From the IMG/VR virus record IMGVR_UViG_3300025030_000053, positions 32,001 to 96,000 of that record: a stretch of 64,000 nt of DNA; one strand, 5' to 3'. The notes below the pieces were generated by a model. The model was not told the DNA's origin and did no database searches. It saw nothing but the letters and a program-made list of their open reading frames with translations. This DNA is from a virus. Each line of letters starts with the position of its first letter. Position 1 is the stretch's first letter. Below are positions 57,251-64,000 of the stretch, piece after piece. The position numbers were made by a program, and so were the translations under genes.

Positions 57251-58288
57251 ATGACAACTTTCAACTGGCTAAAAATGGCATCTGAGGAAATAAAAAACCA
57301 AGCAAACGGAATTTCAGACTTTGAAGGACACCAATGGCGCGATATCGGTGCTGATGAACTTCAAAATTTGAAGCATAAATTTGACTGGATGAATGAATAT
57401 TACTCTGATGAAGAAGAAATTCCACACGATACTCCATACCACCAAGAGAGTTTAATTGAACACATACGACAAGTATCACAACAAATCAAAAATTTTCGAG
57501 CCTACCCAAACAATCCGCTCCTGGCTGATTTACTAGCAATTGCTGGAATTTTTCACGATCATTGGAAAATCAGAACCAGGGCGCCAAAAACAAGATTCAT
57601 TTGTCCAGATTGCAACTATCCAAACACCAAATCAGAAGAACCTTGCAAAAATTGCGGCAGCGAATCTTCCAAACAAGAAAAAGAAGTAATGGGATATCAC
57701 GGACACGAGGAATTAGGATCTAGAAGTGAAAATCTTTTTCCAAGACTAGAATCTATTGGTGTTCCTAGACAATATTGGGAGATTGTCCAATTTTTAGTCA
57801 GAAATCATCTAGCAATTCACGATCTAATTGAAACTCTCGCCCACAATGATCAATTATCTGAAAAACAAATTTCAAGATGGTCAAAAATGTTCAGCAACAA
57901 AGTTGGAATACCATTGGAAGATATGATCAGAATGTCTATCATTTTGTCAATGGCTGACAATTTGGGTAGAATCACTCAATTGCCATCAAAATACACAATG
58001 AAAGATTTATCAAGGGGTAAAGTCCAAGAAACTCAATTACTGGCTATTGCTGATTTGATGACCGCAGTTGTAGTCAAAGCAATTCAAGGAAATAATGTTT
58101 CTAAAAAATCAAAACCTGATATTTCTAAAACATTCACACCAGAACAAATTCAAAGAATAGACAGGATTCTTGATCAAGTTGGAATCAGTCTATTTGATAC
58201 CGAAGCAACTGATAGAAACAAATTATTCAATCTGCTTTCAAGACTTGGAATGAAAAGATTGATTCAAGAAATTTTAAAAGTACTATAA
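57251..58288 (+). CDS. HD-domain phosphohydrolase (type found in Pnkp/RNA-repair proteins) with a Zn-ribbon insert
   Basis: PYHQE....H, IFHD..K, CPDC..CKNC insert, YHGHE..G, V.NH, ADN.GR. Confidence 0.8.
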   Translation: MTTFNWLKMASEEIKNQANGISDFEGHQWRDIGADELQNLKHKFDWMNEYYSDEEEIPHDTPYHQESLIEHIRQVSQQIKNFRAYPNNPLLADLLAIAGIFHDHWKIRTRAPKTRFICPDCNYPNTKSEEPCKNCGSESSKQEKEVMGYHGHEELGSRSENLFPRLESIGVPRQYWEIVQFLVRNHLAIHDLIETLAHNDQLSEKQISRWSKMFSNKVGIPLEDMIRMSIILSMADNLGRITQLPSKYTMKDLSRGKVQETQLLAIADLMTAVVVKAIQGNNVSKKSKPDISKTFTPEQIQRIDRILDQVGISLFDTEATDRNKLFNLLSRLGMKRLIQEILKVL

Positions 58289-59605
58289 AGTTTTACCATC
58301 ATTTTTTGGTATCAATATATTTTCTGATATTTTTTCTATTGTTCTTTCAAGATTGGAATATTCTGATCCAAGAATTTGAACATCAAACATTGTCATCGCC
58401 AAAGATTTCTCTAATGACGGCATCTTCATCACTTCATCAGAAGTAGCAAATTCTTTTTTGAAATTTCTAACTAATTGATTGTTTAATTCTCCAATTTGTC
58501 TTATTCTATTTGAATATTCTTGTTTCCATTGATTGATAATTTTTTGAATTATCTGAATCATTTCTGATATTTTTTCTTTTCTTTGAATGTAAATGTCAAA
58601 CCATTTTTTAGATTGTTCAATAATTTCATAATCATATTCATTTTCTTGCATTGCGTCTTTGAAATCTTGTTTTGAAATTAAAAATTGTTCTGATTCTTTT
58701 GATTTCTTTTCGCAAATCTCAACTAGAACCTTGTATGTAAATTTAGAATGCATCCTGTGCATTGCCAGATATTTTGGCCCCTTGATTTTTGTCATCAAAG
58801 GCTCATCTGGATGTCGGACCACTACACCCTCATCTTCCCATTCTCCAGATTCTTCCATTTCTGTGATTATTTTTTTGATTTGTTTCGGACCAGCAGCCGA
58901 ATTCAACTTTTCAACAATTGAAACCAAATTCAGACCAGAGTTTCTGGCAATTTCTTGCAACTGGCTCCACGGCAACATTTGTTCAGATTCTTTTTCTCTG
59001 GCGTGGATGAAGACTAAATCTGATTCTGGATATTTGATCACAGAATCATTATCTGGACCTACATATTCAAAATACATTTCCATATCTGGACTGAAATTTG
59101 GGTCCAGAACCTTTGGATAGGCTGTTTCAAATTTTTCAACAACTGAATATCTCCACGCACCAAGAAGAGTAATCAATTGGTCAGAAGATCCTTGATCAAC
59201 AGATATCGCCCCACGAGTGCGAAGAATCACAACACCTTTGAAAACAGACCTAATGATCAAAACTCCATCTTCTTTTTTGGTGATTATTCCTCTTTTCTGT
59301 TTGATTGCATCTGAAATTTTCTGATCCCAGGATTGTAGTTTTCCAGACTCATCCAATTGCTCTCCGTAATTCATAAATTTATTCAGACCACGAGAAACAG
59401 GAATGAAATTTGGTAATTCATAGATTACCGATCTTTCTGTCATCTCATCTGGTAAATAAAAATATTTATCCTTCTCTGGCACCAAATGCACCCAATTTGG
59501 ATGTCCAGCCACAGAACGCAATTTGAACCCTCTGGAACGAACCTCTTCGGGGTTCTTGATCCAATCTGGTACCGATGCTAATTTTATTGTTTTGAACTTA
59601 GACAT
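58283..59605 (-). CDS. T4 Rnl1-like ATP-dependent RNA ligase
   Basis: SRGLNKFMN, KEDG (motif I), TRG, FEYVGP.N..VI.Y, EGVVV, KIKG..Y...H. Confidence 0.87.
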   Translation of the reverse strand: MSKFKTIKLASVPDWIKNPEEVRSRGFKLRSVAGHPNWVHLVPEKDKYFYLPDEMTERSVIYELPNFIPVSRGLNKFMNYGEQLDESGKLQSWDQKISDAIKQKRGIITKKEDGVLIIRSVFKGVVILRTRGAISVDQGSSDQLITLLGAWRYSVVEKFETAYPKVLDPNFSPDMEMYFEYVGPDNDSVIKYPESDLVFIHAREKESEQMLPWSQLQEIARNSGLNLVSIVEKLNSAAGPKQIKKIITEMEESGEWEDEGVVVRHPDEPLMTKIKGPKYLAMHRMHSKFTYKVLVEICEKKSKESEQFLISKQDFKDAMQENEYDYEIIEQSKKWFDIYIQRKEKISEMIQIIQKIINQWKQEYSNRIRQIGELNNQLVRNFKKEFATSDEVMKMPSLEKSLAMTMFDVQILGSEYSNLERTIEKISENILIPKNDGKTL

Positions 59606-59637
59606 ATCATTTGTTTATATCATCAAAAAACAGAATT

Positions 59638-59757
59638 CTATTTATCTATCCACATCAATACTAATCCAATAACCATAATAATTGATCCTGCTACAATTAA
59701 TCCAGGATCCCCATTACCACCAACATACTTCAAAAAAGGTACAAAAGCAACAATCAT
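59638..59757 (-). CDS. Possible small membrane peptide (39 aa)
   Basis: MIVAFVPFLKYVGGNGDPGLIVAGSIIMVIGLVLMWIDK. Below the ORF-track cut-off; start uncertain. Confidence 0.35.
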   Translation of the reverse strand: MIVAFVPFLKYVGGNGDPGLIVAGSIIMVIGLVLMWIDK

Positions 59758-59905
59758 AGTTAAACTGGTCCATAATAATTTAGTTCCAATATTTTTTCCT
59801 CTGATTAAATTTAACTATATTTGTTGGAATTACCTCTTTCGTTTGAATGAAAATTATAGTAGGAAAATCTACTATTTAGATATAATATATAGGAAAGGAG
59901 CAAAT

Positions 59906-60115
59906 GTGTCAAAATTTAAAATTAGAAAAGAAATCAGACGATCATTTGATATGATGAAATATAGTGGATTCACATACTATCAGAGTCTATCAATTATATC
60001 ATTGATTTATTCAATCAGTCTAGCGTTGAAGGAATTAGAGAATCCGCTTGAGATAATCAATGAAGTTGCCAAGGAGGTCTATGACATCGGAGAAGAAGAT
60101 GAATCAGAAGAATAA
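59906..60115 (+). CDS. Small hypothetical protein
   Basis: AAGGAG SD before the GTG at 59906; promoter-like GTAGGAAAA-N12-ATATAAT at 59859-59886. Confidence 0.55.
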   Translation: MSKFKIRKEIRRSFDMMKYSGFTYYQSLSIISLIYSISLALKELENPLEIINEVAKEVYDIGEEDESEE

Positions 60116-61037
60116 AATTCTTGTCATAGGTGATTTGATGATTGATGAATATATCAATTGCGAGGTGAGCAGAATATCTCCTGAAGCACCAGTTCCTGTC
60201 GCAAAGATATTGAACAAAAAATATTCACTAGGCGGAGCTGCCAATGTTGCTTCGTCGTTGGCAATGTTTGAAGAAAATGATGTCAGATTCCTTTCTATAT
60301 CTGCAAAAGAAAGGAATGGAAATCTTTTTGAAATGTTTGAACAAGAAAACATCTCAAAATTTTATGATCTTCCATTCTTTCAAAACGACATCATCAAGAC
60401 TAGGATTCTGTCGCACGGGCACCACATTGTCAGATTAGACACAGAATGTTTGGAACTGATAGATCCAGATGTAAATATCTATCTTCAACACTTGAATGGC
60501 ATATTCAATTGGCAACCGGATCTGATAGTTATTTCTGATTATGACAAAGGAACTATAGATTTTATTCAAAATGATGTCAGTGATACGATTCAAGGATTGA
60601 ATTGTCCTGTAATTGCAGATCTAAAACCAAAAAATTTCAGAGACTCAAAAATTATCTTTGGAAAAACTCTTCATTCCATCCTTCCAAACAGAAAAGAATT
60701 TCTCGAAAGTGTGCCTGGAATGGAATACGAAAACATAATTCTTTTCTGGCAAGAATTTGAATTATGTGAAAACATCATAATTACCAAAAGTGAAGATGGT
60801 GTAGAGATAATCAACGACTCAGGTAGACAATCATTTCCATCACACGTCGTTGAAGTGAATGATGTCACCGGCTGCGGAGATACGGTGACCGCAGTATATG
60901 CTCATTTAATTGCACAAAAAGAAAAACCAGAACAAGCAATTCAAATTGCCAATCGATGTGCAGGAATTACTGCCTCTAAAATTGGAGTTCACAAGATCAC
61001 TCGTGAAGAATTAGAAGCTTGTTCCGCCGACCTGTAA
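60099..61037 (+). CDS. HldE/RfaE-type D-glycero-D-manno-heptose-7-phosphate kinase (PfkB family)
   Basis: VIGD.M.D.Y....V.RISPEAPVPV, GGAANVA, KTRI, SDY.KG, PN..E, DVTG.GDTV.A. Confidence 0.9.
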   Translation: MNQKNKILVIGDLMIDEYINCEVSRISPEAPVPVAKILNKKYSLGGAANVASSLAMFEENDVRFLSISAKERNGNLFEMFEQENISKFYDLPFFQNDIIKTRILSHGHHIVRLDTECLELIDPDVNIYLQHLNGIFNWQPDLIVISDYDKGTIDFIQNDVSDTIQGLNCPVIADLKPKNFRDSKIIFGKTLHSILPNRKEFLESVPGMEYENIILFWQEFELCENIIITKSEDGVEIINDSGRQSFPSHVVEVNDVTGCGDTVTAVYAHLIAQKEKPEQAIQIANRCAGITASKIGVHKITREELEACSADL

Positions 61038-61166
61038 ATAGTAAATAAGTAATGGATGCATCTACCTAAGATAATAGGGTGCAAAAAATGGGAATTTTTT
61101 TGGCGTGAAATTGATGGAAATTGATTCAGGCAGAAAGTAGTCTGATCTGCACATTGGAGAAGTGGA

Positions 61167-62642
61167 ATGACGGGAAACTACACCAGCAACAATGACAGAA
61201 ATATATATGCTATATACAATCTTCCAGAAGAAGTAATTGCAGTACTTTTTGCTTTTTATTCAAGATCGAAAGGCTCATTGAGAGAAAACCTTCAAAAAAT
61301 GATTAATGATGGAAATTTGTTTGATGAACCAAATTGGGTCGAAGTGAGATTGCAATTAGACGAACAAGTTAAAGAAAAACTGGACCAATGGCTCGAATTG
61401 AGGAAATTTGGGACAACAGAGCAGGCTAAAAATTTCCACGAAAAATGGGTTTTAAATTTTGGACATGCCTCATGCGCTGAACACTCAATTATTCATCTTG
61501 CCATTGAAGAAGTTTCTATGCTTGCCGCCAAAGCCATCGAAGATTGTAGACTTGCTAGTTATACTGAAAAATCAACAAGATATGTAGTCTATGACAATAT
61601 AGGATTCACAACTCCATCAGAATTATCTGGAATGTCAAAAGATATATACAAGGCAAATTGTCAAGATTTGATAGATTTTTATTTAAAATCCCATTCAACT
61701 ATGAGTGAAAAAATAAAATCACAAGATCCAGAATTGAAACCAGGGCAAGTTAGATCAAAAGCCTGTGATATTTGCAGGAATATTCTTCCAGTTTCAATGC
61801 ATACCAATCTTGGAATGACCATCAATGCAAGAGTGCTAGTCAGAACCATAGTCAAAATGCTTTCATCGAAAAATGAGGAATTCATCAGAGTGGCAAATCA
61901 AATGAAGGAAGAAGCACTGAAAGTTTGTCCAACGCTTCTGAAATATACTGACAAAAATGACTACATCGAGAAGTTAGATGAAAAAATAAAAAAACACATC
62001 ACAACAAATTCCATAGATGAACAATCAAAAGGAATTTTGAAGACAAACATCACAGAAGATGAGATGCTCCGCAAACTGGTTCAGTCTATTCTCCTGGAGC
62101 GCTCTCAGATGCCATACGATGCCGCAGAAAAAATTGCATGCAATTCTTCGGTAGAAACCTGCCAAAACATCTTGCAACATTATTGTGAGGGTCGTAGCGC
62201 CCACGATGACCTTTTGAGAGTTTTTGAGCAGGTATATCTGACTCACGAAATTGTTGTTGATTTTGGTGCTTACAGAGATATTCAGAGACATCGTATGAAT
62301 ACCCAGATTTCTCAATTACTGACTCCCAAGCTGGGATATGTAGTGCCAGATGAATTCCAAGGAACAGACTTGGAATTAGATTTTGAAAACAAGATGAAAC
62401 GATCGGAAAGGATATATTATCAAATATTGGTAAAAACAAATGATCCTAAAATTGCACAATATTGTTTGCCTATGGCTTTCAGAAAAAGAGTAATTTTCAA
62501 TTGGAATCTGCGAGAAATGAGTCATTTTGTAAATTTGAGAAAAAGACCAACTGGACATAAAAACTACATTGAAGTCGCCAAGCAGATAGAACAAAATTTT
62601 AATTCCAATTTCCCATTCATTGGAAATCTGGTTTTTGACTAG
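61167..62642 (+). CDS. thyX: FAD-dependent thymidylate synthase, duplicated-domain (long) form
   Basis: A.YSRS, FGHAS.AEH, R.ASYTEKSTRY, R.ILP; second domain FGAYRDIQRHR and NLRE..HF..LR..P.GH..Y. Confidence 0.9.
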   Translation: MTGNYTSNNDRNIYAIYNLPEEVIAVLFAFYSRSKGSLRENLQKMINDGNLFDEPNWVEVRLQLDEQVKEKLDQWLELRKFGTTEQAKNFHEKWVLNFGHASCAEHSIIHLAIEEVSMLAAKAIEDCRLASYTEKSTRYVVYDNIGFTTPSELSGMSKDIYKANCQDLIDFYLKSHSTMSEKIKSQDPELKPGQVRSKACDICRNILPVSMHTNLGMTINARVLVRTIVKMLSSKNEEFIRVANQMKEEALKVCPTLLKYTDKNDYIEKLDEKIKKHITTNSIDEQSKGILKTNITEDEMLRKLVQSILLERSQMPYDAAEKIACNSSVETCQNILQHYCEGRSAHDDLLRVFEQVYLTHEIVVDFGAYRDIQRHRMNTQISQLLTPKLGYVVPDEFQGTDLELDFENKMKRSERIYYQILVKTNDPKIAQYCLPMAFRKRVIFNWNLREMSHFVNLRKRPTGHKNYIEVAKQIEQNFNSNFPFIGNLVFD

Positions 62643-62694
62643 AATCAAAGGTTTTTTGACAAATTATATATAATTCATCATTGAGAGGAATGTA

Positions 62695-63222
62695 ATGAAT
62701 GACATAAAATTTTTTGGTATAAAAAATAATCATTTGATATTTGAAAATTCAGATAAATACCCTATTGCATTTGAAATAAAAAACATCAATGAATACAACG
62801 GGGAATATATATCACTTTGGAATTTCAAGAGATATATAACCAAGAACAGACAAAATGAAATAATTTGGGATTTTAAAAATGACAACATTATTACTAAAAA
62901 ATATATAAATCATTTGACAATATATAACAACATCAAATCTAATTCAGAATTAGTTATTTCTAAAAATCAATTGAAAGACATTCTGATAGATGAAATAGGA
63001 TTAGATTATCAATTTAATTGTTTTTGCAATGATTCGGAATTGATCATACATGATATTCAATTTATAGTTATATTTGAAGTAGTCAGGGGAATAAAAACCA
63101 GGATAGTTAGGAATATAATCAATAATTTGATTAAAAATCCAGAAATTTCAAAAATGGATAAACAGGATATGAAAGATTTTTTAGCAATCATTGTTGAAAA
63201 CATAGTTAAGGAAAATAGATGA
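62695..63222 (+). CDS. Hypothetical protein
   Basis: GAGG SD; promoter-like AAAGGTTTT-N12-ATATAAT at 62647-62674. Confidence 0.55.
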   Translation: MNDIKFFGIKNNHLIFENSDKYPIAFEIKNINEYNGEYISLWNFKRYITKNRQNEIIWDFKNDNIITKKYINHLTIYNNIKSNSELVISKNQLKDILIDEIGLDYQFNCFCNDSELIIHDIQFIVIFEVVRGIKTRIVRNIINNLIKNPEISKMDKQDMKDFLAIIVENIVKENR

Positions 63223-63722
63223 AAATAAACGCACAGACAAATTCTATGAATGTTGTTGAAGAAATAGGATTAGACATACGATCTATAACTCAAATTCTTC
63301 CAGAAATTGATGCCTCTGGTCAGAAATTGATGTCAGCACTGATATCTGCACAGAGTGCTATTGCACCACCTGTCCCAGCAACACCTGACGCTCAAAATTT
63401 GCAAGAAACACAAGGGCTACCGGTGGATCAGCCATCAGAAATTCCACAAGAAACTATTGCCGCTGCGAAATTTAGGATAATTACTGCGCAAGGAAGACTG
63501 GACATATCAGAGCAAAGTGCAGCAAGGTTGCAACAACTTCAACAAATCAATTTGAACAGGCTGTGGGACAACTTCAACAAGGTATTGGTTATGCTTGAAA
63601 ACAATCCAACAGTTCTGCAAGAAATAAATTTGTTCATCCAAGAATTCACACGAATTGTAGATCAACTTAAATCTGTTGCTTCATCCCCAAGAACTGGATT
63701 TTTGAGTGAATCACTTATTTAG
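63219..63722 (+). CDS. Hypothetical late protein
   Basis: MKINAQ and KFRIITAQ motifs; Gln-rich. Confidence 0.6.
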   Translation: MKINAQTNSMNVVEEIGLDIRSITQILPEIDASGQKLMSALISAQSAIAPPVPATPDAQNLQETQGLPVDQPSEIPQETIAAAKFRIITAQGRLDISEQSAARLQQLQQINLNRLWDNFNKVLVMLENNPTVLQEINLFIQEFTRIVDQLKSVASSPRTGFLSESLI

Positions 63723-64000
63723 AATCGCTTGTCAGATCCAGGAGCCCAAGGCAGTTGCTCGTCCGGAGTTAGGTCGACTGCTACTGGTATTTGTTCTTGC
63801 TTGCCTCTGCCACCAGACGAAGGCTTTGGGGGCAAGTTGAGTTCCGCAGGAATTTCTCTTTCTTGGTCAATGTCTGGTGGTGGGAACAATCTCCCGTCTT
63901 CAATTGCGCCAACCGAATATCCATTTCCTTTTAGGAAATTGATCATAGCAATCAGTGATGTCCATTGATCTTTGGTCGCCAAGGCGGAAGTGAAGAAGGC
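63719..64000 (-). CDS. C-terminal part of a hypothetical protein, probably 5'-partial
   Basis: The frame stays open to the window edge; Pro-rich tail converging on 63722. Confidence 0.45.
   Translation of the reverse strand, partial: AFFTSALATKDQWTSLIAMINFLKGNGYSVGAIEDGRLFPPPDIDQEREIPAELNLPPKPSSGGRGKQEQIPVAVDLTPDEQLPWAPGSDKRF

Noticed and set aside
61038-61166. tRNA or riboswitch upstream of thyX
   Set aside because: No cloverleaf, T-loop or convincing stem found by eye.

Overview
This window looks like part of an AT-rich large/jumbo tailed phage genome. It reads in the standard genetic code, and I saw no rRNA, tRNA or CRISPR array. The left ~17 kb is mostly late/virion genes: large terminase, a candidate small terminase, two paralogous ~540-aa beta-rich structural proteins, and orphan proteins with K-x-A-S/Q motifs. 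The middle is a long minus-strand replication, recombination and nucleotide block with an almost complete bacterial-type Pol III replisome (DnaE, beta clamp, DnaX, delta, DnaB, DnaC-like loader, primase split into two genes). It also encodes RecA, a gp32-like SSB, RuvC, split SbcC with SbcD, family-4 UDG, a Cas4-like nuclease and a class II RNR with two atypical inteins. The window also has three DNA methyltransferases, three free-standing endonucleases, ThyX and an HldE-type kinase. Four observations stand out. (1) There is a sigma-H (Spo0H)-like sigma factor, sigma-H-type promoters in front of late/virion genes, and a tandem SpoVS protein. (2) A terminal K-x-A-[S/Q/K] motif recurs in those late proteins and in all three parts of a dispersed RNA-repair set (kinase, HD phosphoesterase, Rnl1-type ligase), which suggests virion-packaged RNA repair. 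(3) An HTH is fused to a catalytically dead dUTPase, and a second sigma-like protein carries C2H2 fingers. (4) A thymidylate-synthase-like gene is truncated by an HTH+HNH cassette. All family calls come from motif recognition by eye; no database search was run.
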